From: Mobula hypostoma
Taxonomy: Eukaryota
Direction of reading: 5' to 3'
Assembly: GCF_963921235.1 (NCBI RefSeq)
Contig: NC_086106.1
Span: 23,870,001 to 23,934,000 of the forward strand
Length of the DNA: 64,000 nt
Positions 38,040 through 51,845 of the stretch are shown in pieces (position 1 is the stretch's first letter; each line of letters opens with the position of its first letter). The notes under the pieces were generated by a model. That model was not told the origin of the DNA, searched no databases, and worked only from the letters and a program-made list of their open reading frames with translations. Made by a program: the position numbers and the translations under genes.

Positions 38040-39595
38040 CATCGACAACTAGTAAATTTACCGGCTACCAGGCCGATTTGGAGAGATTCTGTAGCTGGAG
38101 AGTTTGCAGAGACATTAATAATGATCTATCAAGAATCAATAGATTCTGGCAAGTATGGGATGACTTGATAATTGCAAATGTCACTCTGCATTTCAGGAAT
38201 GGTGGGAAGCATCAGAGCGGAAACGATAGACCAGTAACCCTCATTAGAAAATTGTTGTAACCGATAGTTAGGGATCAGGTGACCGAGTACCTGGAGGCAT
38301 ATGATAAGGTATGCCAAAATCAGCATGGTTTCCTGAAAGGAAATCCTGCCTGAGTAGCCTGTTGCTTTTTTTGGGGAAAATTATAAACAGGGTACAGAAA
38401 GGAGATGCAATGCCTGCGGTGTACTTGGATTTTCAGAAGGGTTTTGACAAGGTTCCGCACAAGAGGCTGCTTAGCAAGGTAAGAGCCCATGGAATTACAC
38501 GGAAGTTACTAGCATGGGTGTGGCATTTGTTGATCGGCATAAAACAGACAGTGGAATTACAGGGATCCTCTTCTGGCTGGTTGCCTGTTACCAATAGATT
38601 TCCACAGGGGTCGGTGTTGGGAAACCCTGCTTTCTGCGATGTATGCCAATGACTTGGACTATGGGATTAATGGACTTGTGCCGAAATTTACCGATGATAC
38701 AAGGGTAGGTGGAGGAGCGGATGACATGAAACAGAGTCTGCAGAGAGACTGAGGTAGTTAGGGTAATAGGCAAAGAGGTGGCAAATGAAATACGATGTTG
38801 GAAAGTTTGGTTGAAGTAAAAAACGGAAAGACTATTATTTAGATGGAGAGAGAATTCAAAACGCAGAGAGACCAAGGGACTTGGTGGTTCTTTTGCAGCG
38901 ACCCAAAAGGTTAACCTCCAGTTTGAGTCGGCGGTGAAAAAGGCGAATGCGATTTTGACCTTCGGTTCTTGAGATACAGATTATAAGAGCAGGGGTAATG
39001 ATGTTAAGGCTCTATATGGCATTCGTGAGACGACATTTGGAGTATTGTGAGCAGTTTTAGGCTCCACCTTATTTTAGAGAGGATATACTGACATTGGAGA
39101 GGGTTCAGAGAAGATTCACCAGAATAATTCCAGAAATGAAATGGTTACCATAAGAGGAACGTCTGGCAACTCTTGGGCTGTATTCCCTGGAATTCAGGAG
39201 AAAGAGACGGGATCCTGTCGAAACATTCCGATTGTTGAAAACCTGAACAGATTAGATATGGCAACGTTATTTCCCATGGTAGGGGAGGCTTGGACAAGAG
39301 GGCAGGATTGAAGGACGTCCATTTAGAACAGAGATGCGGAGAAATTACTTTAGTCTGAGGCTGAAAAATCTGTTTTTTTTTCCACGAGCCGCTATGTAGG
39401 CTAAGACATTGAGTGCATTTAAGCCAGAAATAGAGAGGTTCCTGATTAACCAGGGCATTTGAAAGTTATGGGGAAAAGGCAGACGAGTTGGGATGACTGG
39501 AAAATAGGATCAGCAAAGACTGAGTGACGTAGTAGACACTATGGGCTGAATGACCTGCTTCTGCTCCATTATCTTACGGTCTTACGGTCTTATCC
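38040..39595 (+). mobile_element. CR1-type LINE fragment
   Basis: AVYLDFQKGFDKVPHKRLLSKVRAHGI, PQGSVLG; (CTTACGGT)n tail near 39572-39593. Confidence 0.88.
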
Positions 39596-40149
39596 TTATT
39601 TAGTGTTAGACATAATTTTGTTCTCGAATCCTGTATGTCAATTAAGGGAAAAAAAAAAGGATAAGATTGCGGATCGCGGAAGGGATGGGCCTGGTATTAT
39701 ATAGCCCAGTTTTTCATCCTTCAGTCAAAACAACAGAGTATAGGCTTAAGTTGCGAGAATGCATGCTAACGGAGAAATGAATGATGTGTTGTTATGAAAC
39801 ACAGGATGTGGGCTTATATCTTTAACTTGCAGGCAAAGACGCTCATGTAAACTCGTTGACTTATTGTCTTTCAGCTACATAAATTGGCAAATGGAAGTTG
39901 GTGTGTCGGCAACACTGAAAGATTAGGTTGGGCGAGATATTGTTCGGCGAAAATTCAGTTTTAATTATCGAATACCTATTGAGTCAATGCCAACTGATGC
40001 TTTATCGTTATCCTGCTTGAATATGTGCTGTATGTCTCCTCAAACTACTCGTAATTTTTTGGTACCTCAATTCGGGAAAGCACCTTCTTTTTTTTCGACT
40101 GTAATAGATGGGAACGTACCAAATACATGTTTTCTTCTATGTGATTCGA

Positions 40150-40372
40150 CGATGTCGCTTCCGATTCTTCCATACTATAATGCAGTTCAAACCATTGCAC
40201 AGAAGATGTAATGTACGTGTGGTCTGGTGTAATCGACCATGACTGAATTGATTGGTTGTACTGAGGAACAAAGAAGTAAGGAGGGACTGGGCGGCTAAAG
40301 GAACTGAGTTGATTGTAGGTGTTGGAGAAGAAAAGAGATTTGTGCTTAATGTTTGCGACCAGTAATATAACC
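40150..40372 (+). promoter_or_regulatory. Putative V promoter
   Basis: The same motif blocks at 40150-40173 and 40246-40278, plus AATATAA, upstream of leader 40474. Confidence 0.6.
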
Positions 40373-40473
40373 AGAAAAGAAGAGAGACATCACACTCCTT
40401 CCGAATTTCTAAACAACGCCTTCTTTGCCAGTGAGATAAGTTCGGATGATATTCATAGTCAGTGGATAGAGAC

Positions 40474-41325
40474 ATGCTGTTTCGATATGTATATTCGTTT
40501 CTTATTGCAGCAGTATTCTTGCTCGGTAAGTTTCGGGCGGTCGAACATTGCTGCTCTCATCCATGCAGTGTAGCTTAATGTATCAGTCAATACCCGAAAT
40601 ACAATGTTGAGAAGGACAGGGAAGCCCGTCAGATGAGCAGAAAAAGGTCTGCGGCTCCAGTTATTCTCTAACTTGCATTATAATGCTTGAGGGGAGTTTA
40701 GAAGGTGATTATGGCTGAGTCGATTGCTGCTGCTGACATCATGACTTTTCCCGCTAGAAAGTAATGGAGAGCTGCACACACGCCAATAGAAGAGGTTGGA
40801 AACATTTTTGTTTTAATTCATTTTCTTTTTTTTTTAATAATTGAATTGAATTGATCTTATCCCTTTTCCTGGTATACCCACAAATCTCTGTGGGATGGAT
40901 ATTTATAACTGATATCTCCCCATCCGCTGCGCATGTCCGTAGAAGAGATCAAAAGGCGATCCAAAGTGTGTGTTCTGCAGGATGTGATTGATTGTTTGAA
41001 ATATGTTTTGGATTCTTTCAGGATATGCTCGAGGCGATGCTGTTTTTCAGACACCTGCAACTTCCACAGTGATTGAAGGGATTGACGCGTTCTTGAACTG
41101 TAGCTTTTCTACAACCGCAAGCGATTTTGCATTACTCTGGTACCGTCAGTATCCCGGCGGATCTCCGGAGTTTCTTTTGATACGGACAAAATACGGCAGT
41201 AATCAAAATGAAATTCCAGGCCAACGTTTCACAGCGCAGCTAGATGTTTCGACGGCAACTGTCCCACTGACTATGTCCGAGGCACAACTAAGAGATACGG
41301 CCATATATTTCTGCGCTCTGAGCCA
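40474..41325 (+). CDS. TCR V gene segment, same family but more divergent, apparently functional; join(40474..40525,41022..41325)
   Basis: Leader MLFRYVYSFLIAAVFLL ends G|GTAAGT. Acceptor TTCTTTCAG at 41021. Open exon GYARG-DAVFQTPATSTVIEGIDAFLNCSFSTTASDFALLWYRQYPGGSPEFLLIRTKYGSNQNEIPGQRFTAQLDVSTATVPLTMSEAQLRDTAIYFCALS. Confidence 0.93.
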
Positions 41326-41364
41326 CACAAAGGCACAGACCCTATCTGTGATTGTACAAAAACT
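41326..41364 (+). other. 23-bp-spacer RSS
   Basis: CACAAAG, 23 nt, ACAAAAACT (41356-41364). Confidence 0.9.
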
Positions 41365-42167
41365 ACTTGTTCTCCCTAGAGCCATCCGGTTGTAACTGCA
41401 GCTTTGCGTGCGGCAGCAAATCTTAGCTGATTCCTGTAATTGTGACGATAGTAACATATATTTCGTCATTATTATTCAGATTTAAATATACCGATCCAAT
41501 CAGTTTCAACAGGTTGCGTCTGAATCTGCCCTCGTGTTCATTGTGTAGGATAATTCTAATGCAGTTTTTGAAAGAGCTAAAGGAAGCCCACCCAACCTTT
41601 GTTGTTTAACGTTTGTCTTAAACGAGCATATTTGCTTCTTTGAACTGTAATTTCTTTGGTATAGCAAGATAGAAGCGGTTAGCATGTTGAATCAGCTTCG
41701 CTGGTCTGATAATTGTTCGAATACGTTTGTTGATCATTTGTTTATAAACAATGAACATTTTACAAAACATTGATTTTCCCCAAGTTACAACCAGTACAAA
41801 GCTGAATATTAAACAACTGTACAAACATTCAACAGACATATTGGCTAAAAGTGCGCATAGAGTTTACCTTCCCAATCATCATGAACATTATTGCCCAAAA
41901 CAAAAAAAAGAAGAGTGCAGTCCCTTCCACATATGTTTTTTATATTAAAAAGACATTTGAAACTGAACAACAAGCAGCTATCCAATGGGAAAAACAGCTG
42001 CACCTTCTCAATTAATCAATCACAACGGCAGCGTTTTTGAGTGTCAGAATAATAAACTCCCGCACAGGGCCACACACTCCTCGGAACATGCGAAAGAGAT
42101 TATCCCACACTCTGACTATTAAGAATCTCACTAAATCCTAAATTCTACATGAAAAAACAAAAGTACG

Positions 42168-42560
42168 CATCAGAATCAGAATCAGTTTTATTATCGGCAG
42201 CAAGTGACTTAACATTTGATAATTTTGCAGCAGCAGAATAATGTTGAAGAAAAAACATAATAATAATAATAATAATATTAATAATAATTAATAATAAGTA
42301 AATCTGTAATAGTATACGCATATCGAATAGATTAAAAATCGTGCAAAATAATAAATAATATATATTTTTTTGAAATTAAGGTAGTGTCCAAGAGTTCAAT
42401 ATCCACTTAGGAATCGGGTGGCACTGGGGAAGAAACTGCTCATGAATCGCTCAGGGTGTGCTTTCATGGTGCCGTACATCCCACCTGATGTTAACAGCGA
42501 GAAAAGGGCACCCTGTGTGCTGGAGTTCTTTAATAATGGACGCTGCTCCTTGAATACAAA
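42168..42560 (-). mobile_element. Same Rex1/Babar-like family 3' end, with a (TAA)n tract
   Basis: (ATCAGA)n tail; alignable to ~31860-32230; (TAA)n at ~42259-42297. Confidence 0.7.
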
Positions 42561-43437
42561 ACCCAGTACTGTAAAGCTAATAGTAACCTTCCAGTATTTT
42601 ATACTAGTCCACCAGCCTCACTGTGCCCTGAAAGACCAACAACCCTAACCTGGAGTGTAACAGCCAATGAGCTGATCTCCCACTTAATGTTAAACACTAT
42701 CTCTGATGTATGTTCACCCACTTTACATTCTGAGCGGTTAATCCAATGCAGCAGTTCCAGGAACAGTCCATCTGTACTACTGTGGGAAACGCTATCAATT
42801 AAAACATCATTCCTTCGTATAGCCCTGTTATCGACCAGCATGGGCGACGTATTTATTCAGACACTATTGTTGCATATATACGGCACCAGGTATCAACCGC
42901 ACAACCCTGTGTAAACAATTTATTGGCCTCGGAACTGATTTGGCAATAAGACTCATACAACTTTTAGCAAGTATCAAGCCTCTGAGCATAATTTCCAATA
43001 GTCACAGTTAACCCAGTATAATGTTCCTGCTCACAATTGCCATCAATCATGCAACTGGTCGCTCTAATCACCATACCATCAAAACTCTGACAAGTGGGAA
43101 TTCTCTTTATTAGTCAAAAAATTCCAATTAGACAAATGGTTTACTGGGAAAATACAACATTTCTAAACGCTCAACTCCCTTAAGACTGGTTTAGTAAGTT
43201 TGAGATTTGCAGCAGGAGGTTATTTTCTCCTCAGCTCCCGCAAAACAGAATAACAAAACACGAAAAGACAGATAACTTTCCACCAACAATCACAAAGTGA
43301 TCGATGTAAGTGGCAAATGTTGGTATGTTGTAGGAATCTTCATACAAATTCAACAATCTGACTTATTGCTCCACAGTGCAAAGTCCATCGCCTTCCACAG
43401 GAATACATAACAGTATCATCCACCGCATGTCCTCATT

Positions 43438-44351
43438 CATAGAAACATAGAAAACCTACAGCACAATATAAGCCCTTCGTCCCACAAAGTTTTGCTGAAC
43501 ATGTCCTGACATTAGAAGTAAACAGGGTTACCCACTGCACTCTATTTTTCTAAGCTAACAAGTACCTGTCCAAAAGTCTCTGAAAAGACCCAATAGTATT
43601 CGGTTCCACCACCGTTGCCGGCAGCCCATTCTACGGAATCACCACTCTCTGCGAAAAAATAAAGAAAAAAAAACTTACCCTTAGCACCTCCTTTCGATCT
43701 ACACCCCAGCACGTTAAATTGTGCCCTCTTGTGGCAGCCATGTCAGATTGGGAAAAACCCTCTGACTATCCACACGATCAATGCCTCCCATCATCTTATA
43801 CACCTCTATTAGGTCACCTCTCATCCTCCGTCGCTCCAAAGAGAAACGGCCGAGTTCACTTACTCTGTTTTCATAAGGCATGGACCCCAATCATCCTTGT
43901 AAATCTCCTCTGCACCATTTCTATGATTTCCACATTCTTCCTGCAGTGAGGCGACCAGAGCTGAGCACAGTTCTCCATGTGGGGTCGGACCAGCGTCCTA
44001 TGTAGCTGCAATATTACCTCTTGGCTCATAACTCAGTACCGTGATTGATGAAGGTCAATACACCGGATGCCTTCTTAACCACGGAGTCAACCTGTGCAGC
44101 TGCTTTCTGCGTCCTATTGACTCCGACCCCAAGATCCCTCTGATCTTCCACACTGCCAAGAGTCTTGCCATTAATACAATAATCTGCCATCATACTTGAC
44201 CTACCAAAATGAATCACTTCATATTTATCTGGGTTGAACTCCATCTTCCACTTCTCAGACCAGTTTTGCATCCTATCAATGTCCCGCTGTAACTAACCTC
44301 TGACAGCCCTCCACACTATCCACATCACTCCCAACTTTTGTGTCATCAGCA
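43438..44351 (-). mobile_element. CR1-type LINE 3' fragment (block B)
   Basis: WSEKWKMEFNPDKYEVIHFG; paralog of 856-1770. Confidence 0.88.
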
Positions 44352-46592
44352 CTTTGAAATTCTGTATGTAGGGGGCACAAATGCACTCGCTCCTGATTAG
44401 TCGCTGGAAATACAGAAAAAACACACAAAAATTGAACTACGACAATTACTTTCCAAATGTTCAGTTCCCACTAAATGTGGTCATATGTGCTTAAATAGAG
44501 GAAGAAGAGAGCAAGTGTCTTCCGCGTGCTATGTTATATACCCACTATATTTGAAACGGGACAGCATGCACATATCGTTTCCGGAAATTGTGATACCTTC
44601 TAAAGTAACTAGTCACAACGGAAACAGTTGTAATGAATCAGAATAAGGCACCCTCCCGCAGGACATCAGTGCATCAACACTTTCTGTGGAAGGAACTGAC
44701 TTTGTCCCGTATATGCGGTTGGGCAGCAATCTCGGTTGTTTCCGCTCTTTTGTGTCCAATAAAAGTTAATTTTAACCCCGTTTTTGAAGTTATTGTTTGA
44801 TATTCTCTAACTTTAACTTCTAGTCTGCAACAGCAAACTGCATTCAGAAACAGCAAACTAATCTTGCAGGATTATTAGTTCGCTCTCAGTAGTGACAAGC
44901 TGATGAGGGCACTGGAACCGGAGGAATATGAATTTTAAGTCGTAGTTCAATACATTAAGTCAGTAAGATGATGAGATATTTTGAAGATGCAGCACAATTT
45001 TGCTAAATACGGCCCAGCTGATTGATAATGCGAACGGGAAATAATTATTTGCAGTAACACCACACACGGTTTGTATTCACAACCATGTGCTTTAAAAATA
45101 TGAACCAGCGGCTGAGCCACCTGCAGCCGAAGTGTGACAGGTCAGAGGTAAATGGGGGTGTTGCAATAATAGCGGTGACAAGCTTTCTCTTCCTATAACA
45201 TGGCTGAATATTATGATCTGTCAATGTTGCTGTGATATGAACACTCCAAGGCCATTGATAAGTGTAGGATTATAACATAGTTGAAGATCCTGCTCATTGT
45301 GGAATATGTGGTAAGAACCTAAATGAAGCAATATCCTGAGGTTATATGGACTTTGTCTGTGGAGCAATTGCACAAGAAAAATGTAGAAGGTGAAGAGTGC
45401 TTCTCATTAAAAAGTAACTCGATAATATAAACACTAAATTGTCCCAGCTTTGCTGATTAAGTTCGAGGCAAAGCTTTGTGCATGCAAGTTTGTTACTTCA
45501 CAGATGTAGATGGGGGAAATGTTGAGCGTTCGCAACTGCAGAGTACATTCTACTCCAACAGCAGTTAGATGGACTTGCCAAAGGAAGGACTATCAATGAC
45601 AGCCACTGTCAAGGACATGCTTGTTTCATTCATTGATGGGGAAGAATTCTGCACTCATAAGGACCACACCAGCGAAATAAAGAAAAGCCGAAAGGCTATT
45701 GCCCTGTAGCCATGTGGCTCCTGAGTGAACGTGGAAAACTTCACTCATCTCAGTCCTGAGCTGATTGCACAACCGACAGACTCACTTTAATGATAATTCG
45801 TTGTCGCAGTGTGTTCTTTTTAAACTGAGCGTGTTATCTTCTTTTTACACTTTTGTTGCGTGCCCGTCTATAATTACGTATATTATAATTAATGTATTGC
45901 AATTAGTTTTTTCCTGATTATCATGACATCACTATCTACCATTATTAAATTTAACGGCTGCCAGGGCTTTGTAACTTAATTTTAGATATAATTTATTTGT
46001 GGAACCTTCATGTCAATTATAGCAAGAGAACGATACTTTTGCGAAGGGTCGATGAGGTGGGCCTGCAAATAAATTATCCAGTAAATACATTTTTCCATCC
46101 TTGACTTTTAGAAAAAAAACAGGGCTTAGGTTTACTTTGACAGGATATATGTTAAACGAGAAATTAATGCTGAGTACCTCTATAAAAACAGGAAGTGGTT
46201 TATATCTCTAACTTTCTCACAAAGGGACACATGTAAACATGTTGAATTATTCTATTTCAGGTGCATGAATTGGCGAAGGGAAGTGGGTGTATCCACAACG
46301 TAGAAAGAGGAGGTAGGGCGAGAAGAGGCTCGACAGAAGTTCCGTTTTCATAGCTGAAAAATCTATTGGATCCATGGCAAGTGACTTTTTTTTTTACCGG
46401 TGTACTGCTTGAGCACTATAAACAGGAAGGAGACGTCAACAACGGGGAAAAAATATAGAGATATAGTGAATTGTGTGATATGCCTCCTTCGTATTTTCGC
46501 AAATGCTCCATTACTCACTTCGACATATAACTCCTATGTTTAGAATTTACAGAATGGAAACAAACCAACTACATATTTTCTTCGTCACACTA

Positions 46593-46812
46593 CGATGTCG
46601 CTTCCGATTCTTCCATCCTTACCTAATTACCTTATATGCAGCTCAACGCTTTGCACGGAAGTTGTAATGGAGGTCAGATCTGTCAGTAAAGAATTGATTG
46701 GTTGTACTGATAAACAAAGAAGTAGTGATGTATTGCAACGATTCAGTTGATTGGGGGTGTTGGAAAAGCAAGGAGCTTTGTGCTTATTGGATGCGACCAA
46801 TAAAATAACAGT
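46593..46812 (+). promoter_or_regulatory. Putative V promoter
   Basis: The same motif blocks at 46593-46616 and 46692-46724. Confidence 0.6.
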
Positions 46813-46889
46813 ACACAGCTTCCGAATTTCTAGTTAAAACTTCCTTAACAATAAGATTATTTCAGTTGCAATTCACAGGCTGTGCAGAC

Positions 46890-47745
46890 ATGCTGTCCCA
46901 ATTTATATATACGTTATTTATTGCAGTAGCGTTCCTGGCGGGTAAGTTTCTGGAGTTTCGAACATTGTGATTCTCATGAGTGCAGAGAATGATAATTTAT
47001 TAGTCAATACCCGGAAGCCAATATTAACAAAATCGGGGAAATATGTCCCAGTTCTCCTGTAACTGACATTAAAATGTTATCGGGGAGATTCCAGGTCAAA
47101 CACAGTTGAGCCCACTGCTGTCTCCAATGGCATAATGTAACGCTTTTTGTTTTGCTTTTCACCCCCCCCCTCCCGCGGGACATATAATGGAAAACTGTGA
47201 ACACTGATAGAAGAGTTTTGAAGGATTTTTTCGGTGCTTTTGATCTCTTCTTAAAAAAATATAGATTCATTTTTTTTCTGTGGAACCATCCTAGAAATCT
47301 CTACAGAACGAATATTTCGATTCGACAACCTTCGAGCCCGAATTCAGGTCAGTAACAGAGGCCATGGTGCCGCTAGATAGAGATGGTCTGCGCACAGCAG
47401 GATGGTGTTGTTTAATTGAAATATTTTTCGGATTCTTTCAGGCCATTGTCGAGGCGATGCCGTTTTTCAGACACCTACATCCACAGTAACTGAAGGCGGT
47501 GAAGCATCGTTGAACTGTAACTATAATACTACAAGCTTTGGCGATTTTTCATTACAATGGTACCGTCAGTATCCCGGCGGAACTCTGGAGTACCTGTTGC
47601 TTCGGACGAAATACGACGCTAACCCAAAGAAGATTCCAGGACAACGCTTCGCAGCACAGCTGGATGATTCGAGGAAATCAGTACCACTTACTGTGTCTGA
47701 AGCGCAGCTTGGAGACGAGGCTCTGTACTTCTGCGCACTGAGACC
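46890..47745 (+). CDS. TCR V gene segment, recent paralog of 4306-5170, apparently functional; join(46890..46941,47442..47745)
   Basis: Leader MLSQFIYTLFIAVAFLA ends G|GTAAGT. Open exon GHCRG-DAVFQTPTSTVTEGGEASLNCNYNTTSFGDFSLQWYRQYPGGTLEYLLLRTKYDANPKKIPGQRFAAQLDDSRKSVPLTVSEAQLGDEALYFCALR. Manual count gives 27 differences in 304 nt against the first V. Confidence 0.93.
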
Positions 47746-47784
47746 CACAACGGCACAAACTTAACCTGCGTCTGTACAAAAAAC
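47746..47784 (+). other. 23-bp-spacer RSS
   Basis: CACAACG, 23 nt, ACAAAAACT; identical to 5171-5209. Confidence 0.93.
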
Positions 47785-50189
47785 TGCTTGGTCTCCCTGA
47801 AGCCATCTGTGTGTAAACGCTATTTTTTTCTGCAACTGCAAGTACTAACTGATCTCTGTAATTATGACAATGGCATATATTATATACCAGTATTATTCAA
47901 TCTTAAATATTCCGGTCCAATCCGATTAAATTGTTTTGTACTGGATCTGCTCTCGTGCCCATTCAAAAAGATAATTCAAGAGCAGTTCTGTACACAGAAT
48001 CCTTTGTTGTTTTACCTGTTTCTTGTATTAACTATTATCTGCTGAAGTATGGACGATGCAGGTGGAACGTTAAATCAGCCTAAATGGTCTGGCAATTATG
48101 ACAGGAAATGCATCGACTTCGAATAGGTGAACAGATGATTGCTTGTTTGTTTGTTTGTTGTTTTTTTTTTTTACAAACAGTACACTTTTGAACAAACATT
48201 TCTGTTCCCCGTCACGGACTCTGAATAGTAAAAAAAAAAGAAGACAACGAACATTCAAAATATGCACTTCCTTAAAATCGCCTGCCGAGTATACCTTTGT
48301 TCGACACGGTGGATTTAACATATAGAATAAAGCGTTGAACTTGAGTGGGTCGTAGACAGTGTAAGCACACAGGCTAGCTACTAGACTGGAGATAACTTCC
48401 AGATAAGAATTTTTTTTTTTCTGAGATGTTCTGTGATATAATTTAATCGGTGGGTTTGTAAATGTTAGTATTGGTGCCTGTCTTAAGTGATTCGCAGTAG
48501 TTACCGATGAGAACGTACAGTTAAAAATTATCGACTGCCACTTGCTGGATGCTGGCCTGTAACAGAGCCAGTAAAAAGGTGCTAAAGGTCAATCAGATAA
48601 CTTAGAAACAAATGCAGTGGAATGCATTATTTGAATTGGTAAGGAACGAGTATATAAGTGGACACGTTGATGTTTTGTATCTACTCTGCCCACCATCGTA
48701 AGGAAGAAACTCCATGCCAGAGGATGGACAAGAAAGGATCGATCAACTGGTCAACGCCGATCACAAATTTCGGTGTTATAATTTGGAAAAGTTTAATCAA
48801 TGACTATTTATGCAACAGGACTCGTAGGATTCATGTTCTAAGCTGTTTTTGCCGAGTCAACACAGTTTCATTGTTATGAGTACAGGCGCAATAAAGTACG
48901 AGTTTCGGTTAATCAGTAGTTGCGTTGTGATTTTCCCCACCTATCCGCTGACGAACTGTGAACACCTTCCCAAGCATATGTGCGACTTTGAGTTAATCAA
49001 AGGAAGGGAAGACCACGGCACTTGCAAATGCTATGTTACATACCCAAATTATAAGAGACAGCATATCACGGAAATGTTCTATAAGCAATGCAACTGCACC
49101 TTCTAAGTTAACCAATCCGAAGCGCAGCGCCTTTCACAATTAGAATATGGCACGTCCACACAGGACGGCAGTACCTCAACACTTACTGTGGGAGGGACAT
49201 TTTATCGTGTATATGTTGTTGTGTGGATATCTCCCATTTTTCCAATCATTATTATCGATTAAAAGTTATTTAATATCCTGAGTTTTAGTTTATTTGCTAT
49301 TTGTGTACGTTTTTTTCATTCTGATCTAAATATTATAGAGCTTATATTGGGAATCTGGAAATTAATATTGCAGGGGTATGAGTCCGCTCTCAGTAGTGAC
49401 AAGTATCTGAATACACAGGTACCGGAATATTACCGATTTTAACTCGCAGTTAACTGCATCAACCCAGTATGAAGATGAGGTATTTTGAAAGCACAGCATA
49501 GTTTTTGATTAAAACGGACCAGCTGAAAGCTCATGCTTACTGAATTAATTGTATGACTCCACACACGGCTTGTATATAAAACGATGTGTTTTAGATATAT
49601 GATTCTGAGTAACTGACGGTGAAATACATCTGACTGGGTATGAGTTCGCAGCATCAAATTTCGAAGGTGGCTAAATTCAGATTAATAATTAAAGTGGCTT
49701 CCTATATTAGCAGAAGATATAATGTAGTCGAATACACGTTGTAAACAGAATTGGGCAGACGTATTACAAGCACAAGCGGAAAGTCCTGCAACATAAGAGT
49801 GAATCAATACAATAATTAGACACCTGCCGATTAAGGAACGATCATTATGCCGCAGCCCCCTGGCTTCTGAGCGTAAATGGAAAACTTCACTCACCTTAGT
49901 CCTGCGCTGTCTGCACAGTCGACAGACTCGCTTTCATGATAACTCGTGCTCCAAGAATTTCCTTTTTATTATTTGCCGATCCTATAATCCTTTATTTGTT
50001 CATCCTATACTTCCCTCCCTGTAATTTCGTATATTGCAATTAGTATATATATTTTTTTTTGTACTGGCTGCCATTCAATAAATATAAAGGTAGTAAATGA
50101 TGACCTATCCGTACTTTGATATCAAATAAACTTTTAACATAACAGTTGGAACAACTAGGAGCATGCCGAACACTTACTCAGTGCGATAT

Positions 50190-51845
50190 AACATGACATG
50201 CAAAAGCTTGGGCACCCCGGTCAAAATTTCGGTTACTGTGAACAGCTAACCGAGCAAAAGATGCCCTGATGTCCAAAAGGCATAAAGGTAACGATCGCCC
50301 ATTTCTGTAATATTTTAAGCAAGATTACTTTTTGTTTTCCATTTTCCAAATAACAATAATAATATTAACAGTTTCCAAATACCAGAAAAGGAAGAGGGCG
50401 CGAAGCAAACGTTTGGGAAGTCTGCATGGTCAGTACTTAGTAACACCCACTTTCGCAATATCACAGCTTGCAAACGTTAATTGTAGCCTGCTAAGTGTAT
50501 TTCAATTCGTGTTTAGGGAGTTTCTGCCGATTTTTCCTTGTAAAAGTCCTATAGTTATGTGAGATTTTTGGGACGTCTTGCGCGCACTGTTCTTTTGAAG
50601 TCTATCCACAGATATTCGATTATGTTTAGGTTGGGGGACTGTGAAGGCCATGGCAGAACCTTCAGTTTGCGCCTTTTCAGGTAGTCTATTGTGGATTTTG
50701 AGGTGTGTTTACGGTCATTACGCTGTTGTAGAAGCCATCCTCATTTCAGCTTCAGCCTTTTTTTACAGACGGTGTGATGCTTGCTTTCAGAATTATCTGG
50801 TATTGAATTGAATTCATTCTTCACTCCCAGTGAAATGTTCCCCGTGCCACTGGCTGTAACACAAGCCCAAAGCATGATCAATCCACCCCCGTGCTTAACA
50901 GATGGAGAGATGTTATTTTTTTTAATGAAATGCTGCACTTTTTTTTTTCTCTCCAAACATATCCGTGCTCATTGCGGCCAAATTGTTCTACTTCAACTTC
51001 ATCAGTCCACAGAACTTATTTCCAAAATGCTGCCGGTTTGTTTAGATGTTTCTTTGCAAACTTCTGATGCTGAATTTTCTGGTGGGGGGGGCAGGAAAGG
51101 TTTTCTTCTGATGACTCTTCCTTGAAGGTCATATTTGTTCAGGTGCCGCTGCACAGTAGAGGAGTGCACCACCACTTCAGAGTCTGCTAAATCTTCCTGA
51201 AGGCCCTTTGTAATCAAATGTTGGTTGTGATTTGCCTTTCTAGCAATCCTACGAGCAATTAGCCCAGGGAAAAAAAAAATAATCTCGGACTTCCAGACCT
51301 CAACTTGACCTCCACCGTTCTCTTAACTGCAATTTCTTAATTACATTACGAACTGAGGAAACGTCTACCTGAAAACGCTTTGCTATCTTCATACAGCCTT
51401 CTCCTGCTTTGTGGCATCAATTATTTTAATTTTCAGAGTGCTAGGAAGCTGCTTAGAGTAGCCCATGACTGCTGATTGTTGGGGCAAGGCTTGAGGAGTC
51501 ATCATTTTATAAAGCTTTGACATTTGCGTTGCCTTGCCTTTTCTAACGATGATTGTGAACAAGCCATTGCCCAGAATGCTAATTAAGGCCTCAGACCTTG
51601 ATAAAAGTTATCTCAGAGCTCAAGTCTCTTAGGGTGCCCAAACGTTTGCATGGTGTTCCTTTCCTTCTTTTCTCTATCTCCAAAATTGTAAAAAGCAAAA
51701 ATGATACTTGTTTAAATTGTTGAAAAAAAATGTTGTATATTTAACTTTATGACTTTTTTGAAATTAGTTCATCTTCTACTCACTTAACTATTCACAGTAG
51801 CATAAATTTTGACCAGGGGTGCCGAAATTTTTACATACCACTGTA
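50190..51845 (-). mobile_element. Tc1/mariner DNA transposon (block B copy)
   Basis: Transposase motifs VKHGGGLIMLWAC and STVQRHL..GRVIRRKPFL; TIRs as in the A copy. Confidence 0.92.
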
